Assembly (NCBI GenBank): GCA_003971905.1
Contig: RSEE01000054.1
Span: 124,001-188,000, forward strand
Direction of reading: 5' to 3'
Length of the DNA: 64,000 nucleotides
From: Moniliella sp. 'wahieum'
Taxonomy: Eukaryota
Part shown: positions 12,979-26,300 of the stretch, one piece after another
How the letters are laid out: each line of letters begins with the position of its first letter
Position numbering within the stretch: the first letter of the stretch is position 1
Notes under the pieces: generated by a model
Seen by the model: only the letters and a program-made list of their open reading frames with translations
What the model was told of the DNA's origin: nothing
Databases searched by the model: none
Made by a program: the position numbers and the translations under genes

Positions 12979-13082
12979 ATTGGGAGAGTCAAAGAGTAGG
13001 GTGGGAGGGTGGGAAGAGCAGAAAAAAGATACCGAGAAAGGGAAGCGTGAAGCGCTTCAGTCTTGAAGCGGCCAAGACGCTC

Positions 13083-13093
13083 GGTAGCTACCA
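13083..13093 (-). promoter_or_regulatory. Primer-binding site (likely initiator tRNA-Met)
   Basis: TGGTAGCTACC directly after the LTR-terminal CA; TGGTAGC is complementary to the GCUACCA 3' end of eukaryotic tRNAi-Met, as in Ty1. Confidence 0.75.
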
Positions 13094-13587
13094 TGAAAGA
13101 TTGGGGGCTAGGGCGAAGCACTAGACTAGGCGATCAATGGGTGAGCGCGAATCGGTCACACCAATGAGAGCCCAGAACCGCGGTTGTCCGTTAACTGAGA
13201 AGTAGCTACGCTACCAAGCTAAGGACGATTGCACTGTGCAGGTGGGAACAGTCAGAGATAGCTTCTTGTAAGCTCCTGACGCTAGTCCAACCTTCAATGC
13301 AACCGCTGGACAAGGACAAGCGCCAGAAGCAGGAAGAGAACAGGAAGAGAGAGAACAGGAAGCTCACCTGTGCAGGGTGGGGAACAGTCAGAGATAGCTT
13401 CTGTAAGCTCCTGACGCTAGTCAACCTTCAATGCAACAGGGAGAAGAGGAAGGAGGGGAACGAGGGCGCGACGGTAACCAATCCGGAGCGCGCGAGTTGC
13501 GGAACTCTATAGCCAGTTCCGCTTGCCAGCGACATGGCCGATCCAGCCATCACACCAAGTGGTGCCACATGCCACCACACTCCAACA
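13094..13587 (-). repeat. 5' LTR
   Basis: Near-identical to 9842-10337; followed directly by the PBS on the minus strand. Confidence 0.95.
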
Positions 13588-14334
13588 CACGGGACCCTCT
13601 GTGATGAAGCGTCGCGTGCGCGTCCACACGTCACGCTTTGCCTTCAACGTCATATGTTTTTGTTCGTGTAGCAGAGTTTAATTGAATGTTCAGGGCCGCG
13701 GCGACACTTCGCGTTCTGCGTCCACGGTTATAGGTTTGAGACGCCTACAGTCCGGGGAAGGAAACAATCAGGGAGAGGATATATTGATTGCCATGTATTA
13801 ATTCGTGCGGCAAAGAAAAAGGAGGGAAACGGGAAACGGGGGTGGCGACGAAAAGGGAAAGAGAGGACGTCTTCTCACAGATATACTCTCTCTACTAACT
13901 GAGAGAACAGGAACTTGTTACTGAAGACTATATGCACGCGCACACGCACTGATCAGTAGTGGGATCAAGATATTTCGGTGCTCAGTGTTTTACTGCTGAG
14001 TGGTATATTTTCTTAACAACACGTACTTTGGCGCAACCCCACCCCCCGCTTTCCACAGGGGGGAAAAACCTTTAGCGTTCGTCAACCATCATTCCATCCA
14101 CCCCCACTCCTCTCCTTCTGATTTCTCCTTCGCTGTTCACCAGACGCTCCTGATACCGCGCCACCCTATAACTCTTCATCGGCTCTTCGCACTAATGAAC
14201 ACCCGGGTTTCCTGAATTCATGAAGAGAAGATCTCATGGGGAGATGAGTGGGGGAGCAAGCATTTTTGACGCAGGGCAATAATTCCTTGGGATGGACTCC
14301 CCATCCTGCATATATGTGGTACTCTTGGACGCTT

Positions 14335-16394
14335 TTACTTCCGATACCGCAGCTTGGTAAAGTTAAAGAAGAGCTGCAGCACCCCGCGCTCGAACGAGTT
14401 GCGGAACCCCTTGCGCCGCCCCATCTCCCACGGCTTTTACGATGCGGAACGCAATGTCCTCGTACGGAGGTCCGGCGCGGAACACCAGGAGCACCGTTTC
14501 CTCCTCGTCGCCCGGATGCGGCGCAGCTCATACGTGGGCGCCTTGAGCGGATCAATCAGGTCGGATAAAAATGTTGAACTGTAGCTCTTGGACCACCTTG
14601 GGTGGTGGGTTGTCGGTATCGTAGTGGGTCTGGTTGTACTTGTTCCACTCAAAGCCGGTTAGCGACGCGGTTCATAAACCGAGGCTTGCGCGGTCGGTAC
14701 TGTTCTCCCACGCATACGTCCCTTTGACTGCCGTCGGCACATTGAACGCTTCCTGGCCAAACGCCTCCACTTCGTCGTCCGAATCCTGGTCCATCGCCCG
14801 CGCTGCATCGGCTTGGTACCGCGCCAGGTCCTCGTCGCCGTCAAAGTCCTCGTCACCCCCACGCACTTCTTCTTGCGTCCCAGTCCGAAGAGCCGGCTTG
14901 GAATGGGAAGCCCGCGCCTTCTCCCTGCGCCATGGGCACAAAGGTTTGGGCCAGTACGGCCTTCCGAACCATGAGGAGAAGGTTCCGGTCTTGCGCCTGG
15001 TCCACGATGGGGAACTGGTCGACAAAGGGAAGGGTGGAGTAGTCGGTTTCTGGGATGGTAGGTGGCTCGAGATCCAACGTAAAGTTGGTTTCGGTGGGAA
15101 CGGAAGAGGGAGGGAGGGACCGCTGGTGAAGGAGCGCGACCTCACGTTGTTTCCTCCGCAAAAACTCGATCCGGTTGGCAAGGACAAGTTTATGGATTTC
15201 CCTCAGCTGGTGCCGTGCTAGGAATACATCATCTTGCGCACCAGCAACAGCCAGTATTCCATATCGATTGGTTCGCCCGAGCTGAGTTTGGCCACGACAG
15301 AGCGCTTCAGTGTCTCCAGTTCGTCCGCCGTCTTGGCCTCGAGCATGCTCTCCATTTTGGCTTGCACCTCGGGCTTGTCCTCGCGCAAAGAGGCAAGTGT
15401 CGTCACACAAGAGTTGAAGGGCATGCCAAAAGGCCCGATTCCGTGCATCCGTTTCGAGAGAGAGGTACATGGCAATGTCCGCCTTCAGCTCCACCACCTC
15501 CCCCTCATCGAGCATTTGAAAGACCGAGTCGGGCTCCTTCAGATCCACTTCCAATCCAGCCTCATCGTCCTCGTCGCCCTCGCCCATCTCCTCTTGCGGG
15601 AGGGCCATGCCATTGCGTTCTGCCAGCGCCATCTCGACCGATTTCGCCGACCGCCGGGCGCCCCGGCCAGGCTCGGCCCAGCGCAAATCATCGCCATCAC
15701 ATCGATTGGTTTCGCCCGATTCTCTCGTATCCGGATCGCAGCTCGCTTCTTGGCCTGCGTCAGAGAAAACTCATCTTCCTTCTCCACCCACTCTATCGCC
15801 CCTGATCCTGGTTCAAGCGAGTCAGTCGCTCCTCTTCCTCCCGGCGGAGCTGCGCCTCCTTCTCTCCGCTGGACTCGGCGGGCGGAGAGGAGCGCAATCT
15901 CTTCCTCGGCCTCTTTCCTCCGCACCTCGTCCCGCCGCCTCGCTTCCTCGGGGGTGAGACCCATGCGTCGTTCCTTCTCTCCTTTTTGCCCATCGCTGCG
16001 GTGGGCGCTGCTCCCTTCCCCGGCATACAGCAGCACCTCTGCCTGCTTTCGCCGTGCCTCGGTTCCTCCTCTTCCAGAGCACGTTTCCGTTTTCTCGCGC
16101 CGGCGCTCAGCGCGCTTGCGGTCCCTCCGCTCCTCATCCGTCTCCGCCGGCGGGGCGAACGTTCTCGCTCATGACGGTGACGAGCATGAGGCGAATCGTG
16201 TCGGTGACGCGACCGGGCGTCCCGGCGGTCGCGCTCTTCGTGCCGCCGCTCGTCGCGGCGATCGCGGTCGTGCTCCTCGTCTCGTCGGGAACGATGTCGG
16301 TCTCGACGGTCGGAGTGGGAGTGGGAATGGAGTGGGAGTGGGAGGAACGGGGACGGCGGTGCGTTGGGGGGCGCAGCGTCAGAGATTCGGGCAT
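14335..16394 (-). CDS. Cactin (spliceosome-associated)
   Basis: R/E/D-rich N-terminus; KEDEFSLTQAKKRAAIRIRENRAKPID; KLSSGEPIDMEYW; C-terminal EWNKYNQTHYDTDNPPPKVV, DLIDPLKAPTY, FRAGPPYEDIAFRIV, LQLFFNFTKLRYRK*. Confidence 0.9.
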
Positions 16395-16561
16395 GGTGGT
16401 GGTGGCGGGGCTGCTGATCAAGTTGAGCACCTGCAAGCTGCTAGCAGCGCCATTCCGCCCTGCGGTGCGGAATGCGCGTGGATTTACCCCAGCTGTGCTC
16501 AGCGACAACCACGTCGCGTCAAGGCAGAGAGGAGGCAGGTCGACTGACAGACACCACCGCC

Positions 16562-18680
16562 ATGGCCTCTGAGTGGGTGTGGTGCCTCGGCGCGCCCGGC
16601 GTGGTGGGTGTTCCCGCAGCAGGCACCGCGCCTGGGTGGGCACGCGCACCTGTGCCCTCTGACCGCCCCTCCTCCCCCCTCCTCCCTCCTCCCCGCCGCC
16701 CGCCGCGCCCGCCTCGTCGCCCGCCCACACCCGCCCGCTCGCCCGCCACGCGCTCAGCAGCCACGAGCGCCGCACGCTCGCCGACCTGGTCGCCGTCGCG
16801 CGCGCCGCGCACCCCAACCCACCTCCGCGCCTCCTCCGCGCCCTGGCCGTGGCCATGCTGCCTACGCGCGACGCGGACGAAATGGCTCGTCTCGCGCGCC
16901 ACGCCACCCTTGCCCGAGCGGCGCCTCGACTTGCCCGCCCCTTCCGCCGCCCGCGCTGCCGGGGCTGCCGCACAGCACGCGCGCACGCGCTCCTGCGCCT
17001 CCGCTGCCCCTCCCCGCACATTGGATCCGCCGACGCCGGCCGGCACCGCCCGCGCGCCCCCGTGCGCCCTGCCCCGCCCCTCCGTCCTCTCGACCGTGCG
17101 GACGCGGGCGAGGCGGAGCCCTCCTCGCCCCTGCCTCGTCCCCGCCCGCTCGCCCGCTCGCGCCTCGGCCTCGGAAACGCCGCATGCGGCTTCGGCCACG
17201 TACGCGAACGCGCGTTCTGCCCACCCGCGCATTGCGCGGCAGGAGACAAGCGTTCTGGGTCCTGCCCCTCCACACCACACCACCCATCCCATCCCAGGAT
17301 TCTCCCTCTGCTGCGCCAACCAGGCGGAAGAAGAACAAGGGCCGCGTGCCTCGCGAATTTCCGCTCGTCACGCGCTACCTTCCCAGCCGACCCGCACCAC
17401 CCCACCGCGACAGACGCGTCTCGCACCCCCGGTGTCCGAGGCGGGGAAAGCGCGCCTCGGCGCCCAAGGCGACCAAGGACACCCCCTTGTCCCGCACAAC
17501 GCTAGTACGGCGACCCATCCTTCTTCCGACCTGCCTGGAACCGCCGACTCGGTACCCGATGGTACTGGCCCAGGCCCTGCCTCTGACACCCTGTCCAAAC
17601 GGCGTTCTCCCCGTCCGCTCGCATGGCGCCGCGATCGAAGCGTAGGAAAACCAGGCCGGACGAGACGGTGCCTACGTCGCAACCGGGGGAAGATGGAGAT
17701 GGAAATAGAGATGGGGATGGAGATGGAGATGGGGGTGGGACGCAGCCGATGGAGCTTGACGTGTTCGGGCCTGTTCCGCTGCCTGCATCAGATCCTTTCG
17801 ACGAGGAGTTCCGCGCGCCCGCGGCGGTGGTACGAGGCGGGGTGAGCCGGCGCTACTCGCTGCGCACGAGGGACGTGTGCCCTCTGCCCCGTCTCCGCCT
17901 GGGTCGGTGGTCGAGACGTCTTCCCCAAGCGAAGTGGTACTTGCGCTAGGACTCGACCGAAGTAACCCCAACGACCCAACCGATCCAACCTATCCACCGA
18001 CCCAGGGCCGGAGGAAGCCCAAGAGGGAACAGCCGATCGTCCCTCTTGGTCGGCGAGGCGGAAGAGTGGGAAGACCTGGCTGACACGGACGACGAGGACG
18101 ACTTTGATTCGCTCTTGCCCCGCCCGTGCCCGCTTACGACGACGAGCACGGCGCCGAGCACGAACACGAGGCCGACAAGTGGGCCGGCATGGCCGAGCGG
18201 TTTGCCTTGTTGCCCGATGCGTTGACCCGGCTAGAAACGCTGTTCGCTCTGGCCTTGGGCGAGTGGGATCCGCCTCTGTCCGAGGCGCAGCGGTTGCACC
18301 AGATTGCCCAGCTAATCGTCCCGGCCTCGGACTTGGACCCCGTTCCGGTCGCGAAGCACAAGGAGACGAACCACGCGCCTTGGGTGCGCCGGGAGCCGGG
18401 CGGTGGGGCCGCCCCCCCTTTGTCGGTGGGGCGGGGACGAGACGCTCGTGTCCGAGCTGGGAGCCGAGCCTTCGTCGGACGATCCCTTGGCGTTGGCCGA
18501 TGCAGGTATGGACGGGGCTGCTTGTTTCCCGCTGGCACCGACGGAAGACCGAGGAATCTGGTTGTCCTCGCCATAGCACACCCTTGGTCCGACCCAATTT
18601 ACCTTTTGCTCATCCATCTACACTATGACGGTAGAAAGGGCCCAAGAAGCAGCCAGCCCAGAGAGGAAACAAACGAATGA
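16562..18680 (+). CDS. Hypothetical protein (very GC-rich, frameshifted)
   Basis: Good start context ACCGCCATGG at 16562, head-to-head with cactin; protein-like segments such as DKWAGMAERFALLPDALTRLETLFALALGEWDPPLS; no family recognised. Confidence 0.5.
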
Positions 18681-18735
18681 ATCAGGGAGTTGTGGAGCAG
18701 GGGGCTGCCCACAGGGTACGGGTACAGGGTACGAA

Positions 18736-20185
18736 CTACGCTATGGGCACGGGCCTAGGTCGCGCCCAGCGCCCCAGTGCATAGTTTAAGCGCAACACTA
18801 CCAAATCCCGGCCCATGCGCACCGAGTCGCGTAACAAGTCCACCTTGGACCCTGAGATCTCGTGCCAGTCCACCGCCACCTCCCCAATCGGCAACGGCAG
18901 CCGTGCCACTCGTCTTCTTCCCGCATCGAGTGCAGGTGTACTTTCTCGGGCGGGGGCGGAGGCCACCATGCGGCGTCCGCACAGGTTCCACCACCTCCTC
19001 CTTTGTCCTCTGCTGCGATCGCCGGGGCAGGCACGCGCCGGGCCAAGCGCGGCTTGTGCCACCTCGGGCTGGGCAAGGGAGGCAGTGGACGCCATCTCGG
19101 CCAGGAGAAGCAGCTCGACATCAAAGATCCACCGATCGATGTGGGCGAGCGGCAGCAGGTGGGCTACGGTGGGGCGCGTGAAGAGTTTGAAGCCGCACTG
19201 GGTGTCAGCGATGGCCGGCTGGATCGGTAGTGATTTCCCCTTGGTGCCCAGGGCAAGGCGGCAGCGACGGTGGGTGCATGAGCAACGAGAGGAGCAGGTG
19301 GAAGCCGTACATGAGCAGATTGCGCACCCACGAGCGCTAGCAACAACGTCAGCCTTCGTACCAAAGAGCACACCCGAGGGAAGAAGAAGAAAGCAAAGCA
19401 GGCACGCACCTTAACCGTGGCCTCGCTGCCGACGAGATGAGCACGAGAGCCAACGACAATGCCGTATCCGGCCGGCGACGCGATCCGCTCCATCTCAGCC
19501 ATGAGGCGGCCCAGGTCCGAGAAGCGAGTGGCGCCATCGGCATCGGCAAACAAGACCAGTTGGCCGCGCGAATGGAGCATGCCATGCCGCACTGCGGCGC
19601 CCTTGCCGCGGTTGTGCTCAAGACGGACGAGACGCATGTCGATGGCGGGGTGAGCGCGGGCATAGGCCAGCACTTGTTCGGCCGTGCCATCGGAGGAGCC
19701 GTCGTCGACAATGAGCACTTCGGGAGTGGGAGCGCGGCCGCGCAGGCGCGCAGGCAGCGCAGCCAGGGCGGCGGCAAAGGCGTCGGAGGCGAGATAGGCG
19801 AGCGCGTCGTCGAGCATCTGGGGCAAGCGCTTCGTCTCGTTGAAGGCGGGCACGACCACCGACACGTCCACGTCACCTGGTGGCACGCACGCTGTCGGAG
19901 AGCGCCGGGGGCAGCGGCGCGGCCTCGTCGGATGGGCGGAGCGGAAGGTGCGCTCGGAGGCGCAGAGGGGCTGCGGGGCAGGCGTGGCGAGCACGAGGAG
20001 CGCGCGCGTGGCGAGGACGAGGACGAGGAGCGGCGCGAGCACCAGCGCCGCCGCCACGCGCGGGTCCGACGACAGCCGCCCAGCGCCGCGCACACAGACG
20101 ACGCCACGCCCGCGGCCAGCGCAGCCATCCACGCGGCGGAGGCGCTGACCGCCGTGCCGCCCGACGCACAGCAGGGCGCAGCCAT
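18736..20185 (-). CDS. ALG5: Dolichyl-phosphate beta-glucosyltransferase
   Basis: SVVVPAFNETKRLP, VLIVDDGSSDGT, NRGKGAAVRHGMLHSRG, LFADADGATRFSDL, GSRAHL, DTQCGFKLFTR, WIFDVELL, VDWHEISGSK; intron 19337-19409. Confidence 0.92.
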
Positions 20186-20800
20186 CGGGGCAGTCGGAGC
20201 AAGCGAGGCGGAGAGACGCGAAGAAGAGAGAAGCGAAGCGCAGCAGCCACGTGCAGATGTTGGTCAGCTGCGTCTGAGCGCCGCTGGTGGTGCGGCGCCG
20301 CGCGCCACGTGGCACCCACCGCACCGCCCAACTCCGGCTGCCCCGCATCTTCCCATTTGCGCTGCCACCCCTGGTCGATCGCCCGGCTCGAACCCACGAC
20401 CTGCGCACGGCGTGTCGTGCGCGTGTTGGCTCCACCCCCGGACAGTTTGGCAGTGACCCTGGCCCCACACGGGCGCCGTGCAGCGAGGCATACCCGCGCA
20501 CGAGGCCACAACGGGAAAATGGCCCACGCCCCGTTTCAGAAACCCACAGGAAACGGGACAACCACGCGACGACTGCCCCTGCGCTGCCTGCCCGCAGACT
20601 GGTTGCGTGCTTGCCATGCCAGGCACACGCACGTTCGCACTTTCTTATCAAGCCCGTTTTTTTAGTGCACCCCCCACCACCTCCACCTGTCCAGCACGCC
20701 ACACGTACAGCTGTTCCTTTTCTCTCCGCCATTCCACCCGTGCCACAGCCGCCCCTCTCCTCCTCCTCCGCTCTCCGCCAGCGCACTCCCTGGCGAGAAG

Positions 20801-23319
20801 ATGCTTTCGACACTCTTCCAGCCGTGCGACATCAAGCTCCACTTGCTGCAGAATGTCATTTTTGTCCACCCCCCCGCACCACCGGTCGCGCCCAGCACCT
20901 CCTTGGATCCACCCAAGAGCGAGGATGAGCTGGTGCGCGGACTGGTAGAGGTGCGCGTGCCGAGTGACCGCACCATTGGGGGGCTCAAGGTGCGCATCAA
21001 GGGGATGGAGATGGTGGGCATCCTCGACCGGCGACTCAGTTGCCCACTGGCTTTGACGAGCGCGTCATCCTTGACAAGACGCTCGAGCTGGGCGTGGCCA
21101 AACACAAGGGCCGAACCAGTCGTTCCACAGTCGCGCGCCCAGTCGGGCCACCAGTCGAGCCCCGAGTCGTTTCTACCAGCCGCGCGCCTCCTGCTTCGCT
21201 CCCACCAGCCACGCGCCTTCGCACTGCCTCCCGCGCCCCTTCCCAACCCGTCTCTCGTGTCGCTTCTCCCACACCCAGGGGATCCGAGTCGGACGATGAC
21301 GCTCGAGGTGCCGAAGGAGAAGATCGAGGAAGGAAAGCATCGCGCGACTCTGTTGCAGGCACCGGATTTGCCGGTGCACTTGCGGCTGCATTGAGGGGCC
21401 ACTCTTCCTCTCGCAATTCCCCTTCACAGAAGCAGGAGCAAAGCTGCCATCCCCTTCTCCACGGAGTAGTAGCCGGGCGCGCAACCCTCCTGGCAACTGG
21501 GGGGGGGGGCTGGTATCCACCCCGTTCCAGGACGGCAGAGGTTACGCACCACCCCTTTGAGGACCATGAGGACGAAGCGCGGGGTCGCTCTGTGTTGCGG
21601 CCCAGCGGACGGGACGAGACTCGGTTCGGGTCCCGGTCGCCTTCAGTCGGGCTCTTTCCGGGCCGCGTCCAAGACGCGCGACATACATCTTCCCCGTGAC
21701 TTGGTGGAGGAAGAGGGGGAAGGTATGGACGCGGAGGCCGACGAAGGCATGTTTGTCGCCAAGGGCATCCATGGGTACGTGCTCCCCGTCCCCCGTTCGT
21801 AGCATCTCACCAACAATAACTGACGCTAACCCTTCTTTAGGTTCGAGTTTGCGTTTATCCTTCCGTCCAACTGCGCGCCGTACGAGCGTTCGTCTATGGC
21901 CGGGTGCGGTACATGATCAAGGCGACCATTCTTGGCGGCGGAAGAGCCAAGAGCAATGTGGATGCCGTGCGCGAAATTTTCCCCATGGCTGTACCTTCGT
22001 CCGAGTCGCCCAATACGCCCTTATCGGTACTGTACCACACTGGCATGACAGATTGGGCGGGTGTGTGTCGGTGGCCTGCACGGCCAACTCCATCTCGGTT
22101 GGCGGCATCTTCAATATTGATGTCCATTCGCCCGACTCGCCGACGGATTTGATTGTGTACCAGGTACGCGTCACGCTCGAAACCACTGTGGATCTTTACA
22201 CGGCCAAGGTGGACGGCAAACGACGCGCATCCGGCCTGTCCGGCTGTTCGAGAAGGGGGCCGCGCCACAAGGCGGGCGAGATGGAGAGTGCAAGATCCGA
22301 GAAACGGCAATTCGGTGGAGTGGCACGCAAGATTCTTGGTCGGTCCAGGGCCTGGCCCGCTTCCCGATGACAACACCACCCGTCCCACCCTACCTGGGAG
22401 CAAGGCCGATATCCGATTTTCGCATCAACTCGTCGTCGAGGTCATCCACTCGCGCGACCTGTTGCCGAGGGCCACCCAGCGGACACGGAGCGCAAGCTCA
22501 AGGTGTATGCGCTGCGGCAGCCCGTCGTTATTCCCTCGTGCTGTGTAGCGTACAATGCGGTGACGCTGCCCCGGTACGAGGAGAAGGAGAACGCGCCCAC
22601 GACGTTGGAACACATGTACCGCGTGCCCGAGGAGTTGGCCAGCAACGACAATGCTACCCAATCGCCTTGGTCCGTGGCCGCCGCGCCGTTCCAGGGTGCC
22701 GGACACGACCAGTGCGTGTGCGGGATGAGCATTGCGGATTTGGAGGCCAAGGAGCGCAACATACTGCCCCAGGGCCCCGGCTACCCTGTACCGGTCAATG
22801 AAGTGCGGTCGCATGGCAAAATTGGCGAATATGCACCGGTGGACGATGCGGCGGTGGAGCGCGATAGGGGGCAACATCCGCGTCGGCGTCGTCTTCGGCT
22901 TCGGCGTCAACGTCAGCTTCGGCCTTGGCAGCCTCGGTGCCCGTCTCGGAGGCCACGACCCCATCTCCATCCCGCCCTGGTCGCCTGCGAACCCCCCCAA
23001 GCGGCCGGAGATGCTACGCACCTTATCTACGCCCATTGTGCGCACTGTGGCGGCGCGACCACCGCCGCCGGCCTGGACGGGCGCGCTGGTCGCCGCTCCA
23101 GCCGCACGCGCGACAACTTGCCCCCCACACCGTCGCCTGGCGTTCCGCTCGCCCCCCAGCCCGGGGATCTGGGACAACGCCGGCGCAATCGGGGCCGGTG
23201 GCACAGGGCTCGTCTCTGACTTGGCTCGCATGGGGATACGCGAAGTCCTCGCGGCTCCCCGCCCGCCTATGACAGTCTCGCCTAACTTGCAAGCTACCCA
23301 CCGTGCCACGGCACAGTAA
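20801..23319 (+). CDS. Alpha-arrestin-like (arrestin-fold) protein
   Basis: DIKLHLLQNVIFVHP, LVRGLVEVRVPSDRTIGGLKVRIKG, KGIHG|FEFAFILPSNCAPYERS (intron 21775-21840), RYMIKATI, C-terminal LPRY (PY-like) motif. Confidence 0.7.
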
Positions 23320-23329
23320 TACACGACCC

Positions 23330-26300
23330 AATCCTTTCCTCACGGCCCCTGCGCCACCAGCCAGCGTACCACTCCCGAATCGGGTGTGCCCCAGGCGCCT
23401 CGTCCCGTTCGGCCCTTGTTCTTCTTCTTCGTTTTCGGTAGGCAGCGCCGCAACGTCCTTCCAAATCCGTCTCGAGGAGGGGCGGGATGAGGTGCATGAT
23501 TCTGTTCCAGCCGTTGAAGCGGGGAGATTAGTACCTTGTTTTCGGCAGAGCCGCCAAGTCATCCATCTCCTCTTCGCCTTCTTGCTCTGTCTCTGTCTCT
23601 GCTCGTGCTCTTGTTCTTGTTCTTGCTCTTCTTGTTCCTCTTGGTCCCGGCGAGGCAGAGGCAGAAGGTAAGGCACGACCATGTTGGGCTTGTCCACGCC
23701 GTTTCGGCCGGCGCAGTGTCGTATCCTTCCATGCGAGGCACGCGGCTTCGCCGCGGTGCAGCAAGCTGGTCGCATACTCGGCCCGCGCTACGATCTCAGC
23801 GGGCACACCGAGCAGACGAGCGCAATGGGCCGCGTGCGACACACTGGCAAACCCGGCTGTGACTCTGGTTCCGTATCAGGCAGATCAGTACTGAGGACCC
23901 TGAGCATCGGCGTAGAAGAACAAAGGCCAAGACCTACTTGAAGAGGTACACCATCTCCTCGGGCTCATTCAGCTCGGCGCTGACCCGCCTCCGGGGGAAG
24001 AGGACCTCCATGTGCGCCGGGGTAAAGGGGAGCTGGGCAGGCCGTGTCCTGGGCGTCACGAAGAAGGAGGCCATTGAGAAAACATCGTAGTAGTGGGTCG
24101 CGATGATGGTCTTGGCGTCTGCGTGCCACGTAGAAGCACGTCCTCGGCGATCGAGGCAAAGATGGCGGCGCCATCTTGGGGCACGATTAGCATTTGACGA
24201 CGCAAGAGACACAACGAAGAAGGAGGTGCCCATACCCAATTTGTTCGTGGCTGTGCCCACCTCGTCGAGGAGGAGGAGAGAGCGAGGTGTAGCCTGGCGT
24301 AATGCGAAGGATACCTGTACCATATCGATTAGGAAGCTGCTCTGCACCGAGCCGCCGACTCGACAATGCGAATGCTTCCCAGAACTGGTCCCTGTTGTCA
24401 GTCGCAGTCTCCGGTACGACACGCAGATGGGAAACCATGGAAATCGCCATACTCTTATCGCAAATGCCCATGGTGACCGACTCCGCAGGGACAAGCAGCC
24501 GCACTGAGCCATGTACCTTGGCAGAGAGGGTTAGCACCAAAAGAGCAAACAACATCATTGAGGTGCAGCACATACACGATCAATGCGTTTTGCTTGATGT
24601 ACATGCTCTTGCCCCCACAGTTGTACCGGTTACAATCACCATACTGTTGTACTGCTTGTCTTCGTCTTCGTCTCATCTTCTTTCCCCCGCCCACCTCCTC
24701 CATGGAATCGTCGGATGTGACGGTCACCACATCCTCCCCATCGGTCCTGATGAGGGCGTTCCCCCAAAGCACAGGAGGAAGGAGTGACACCCAACCCCCC
24801 GATCAAGTCGAGGTGATTAGGGACAAACGAGTCAAGGTACTGCTCTGCCATCGGGTGACGACCTTCCAAAGGGGTCAGTTCACATTCCCTCTCTTCTTTG
24901 CTGTAAGAGAAACAAACCGTTGACGACGTGCAGCACGTTTTCCTCTACCAACTTGGGCCGCACGTAATTGTGATCGCGCGCCACCACGGCAAAGGAAATC
25001 AAGCTGCAGCACAGAGTTGTAGCGCATACTCTTTTGATCAGACGGGGAGGACAAGGGATGAGGGCGTGCGTACCAGTCCAATTGGGCAATGCCTGAGCTG
25101 CCTGAAGAAGCTTGTGTTGACGTTGTACCACCTGGTTGTGCAACTCTTCAAGAATCTCTACCTCACGATCCGTGATGGCATTGGAGGTCGCCAACCTAGG
25201 AAACGGGTATGGTCAGTCACATCAAGCTTCAAAGCCCTGCCATTTACACAGTCTGTCCACTGGGAAGTACTCACATGCTCATCCATCTCCTCCATTTCTC
25301 GTGCTTGTGGGCAACTGTCAACTCGGACTCGTGCAGAAACAAAGGGGAGAAACAGAGAGGGTGGACATACACTTATAAAATACTTCCACGTTGCTTGTGA
25401 ACGTAAACCGGAGCCCATCAATCTCAGGGAGCGTGTCCATGTCGGTTGCAACGTCCGAACCATCATCCATCTCGCCGCTGCAATCGAACCCAGTTCCGCA
25501 GCTCTTGGATCGGGAGGGAGATAAAGTACCCCAGCTGGGGAAAATTTGGACTTGCATCCTTTCCCCACGGTCCGTCATACATCATGGTCAATCTCTACCA
25601 ACACCATTTTCCCTCAGATCCCCACCCTGTATTATAGGAATCGACATACACCTCAGCAAACTCATCGATCACCTTGTCCCGCAACCGAGCAGCCACCGAG
25701 GCGAGCAACTCGGGCAAGTCCTCGAACGCTTCACGGAGGTTATCTAAGTCCTGGTCGGTACCCCCACGGATTACCACGTTTCGCTCCTGCGCGCTAACAG
25801 AGACGATCGTAGGGGGAATGGTCAGCAAGGCAAAAGATCTTTGTGGAAACAACTGATGCAGGCTTTTACCTTTCGGTCCAATCGATCACGTTGAGCAGCC
25901 GCTCCAGTGTGTGTAAGGGTACTGGGTCAATCGAAGCATGCAACTGGGAATCTGCACCGTCAGAAACACGCCATGGGATCAAGACACTGATTGGACTAAA
26001 GGGACCCACCGACAAGCAAGGGCGCCTGAGAAACAAAGGTGGCCAAAGTACAATGCGCTTCCATGGCCACGGTGCAGAACTTGTGTACTTTTTTCCACGT
26101 GGACAGAGACACGTTTCCCTCGGCTAAGCTCCCCGTCAAGAGCGAAGGCAGAGCGGCCAACGCCGCCAGCTGCGTCCGCAGCAGCTGCACCTCATCCCGC
26201 CCACGCAGCCCCGCCAAGACCTCAACTGCATCCAGACGCGCGTGATCAGCGCCGCGTCCGTGGATGGAAAGGCGAGCCAGCGGCGCAAGAGACTCCGGCC

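Larger units (their letters stand above)
9842..13587 (-). mobile_element. Copia-like LTR retrotransposon, internally deleted (gag + protease remnant; no INT/RT/RNase H)
   Basis: Two ~495-bp direct repeats (9842-10337, 13094-13587) reading TGTTGG...TTTCA on the minus strand; TSD CACGG at 9837-9841 and 13588-13592; PBS TGGTAGC abutting the 5' LTR; PPT GAGGGGGGG before the 3' LTR; CCHC knuckle; DSGA protease motif. Confidence 0.95.

Noticed and set aside
15234..20928. Many long overlapping or antisense ORFs in the ORF track
   Set aside because: Shadow ORFs expected from very high GC and codon bias opposite real genes; they have Arg/Ala/Pro-rich nonsense composition.
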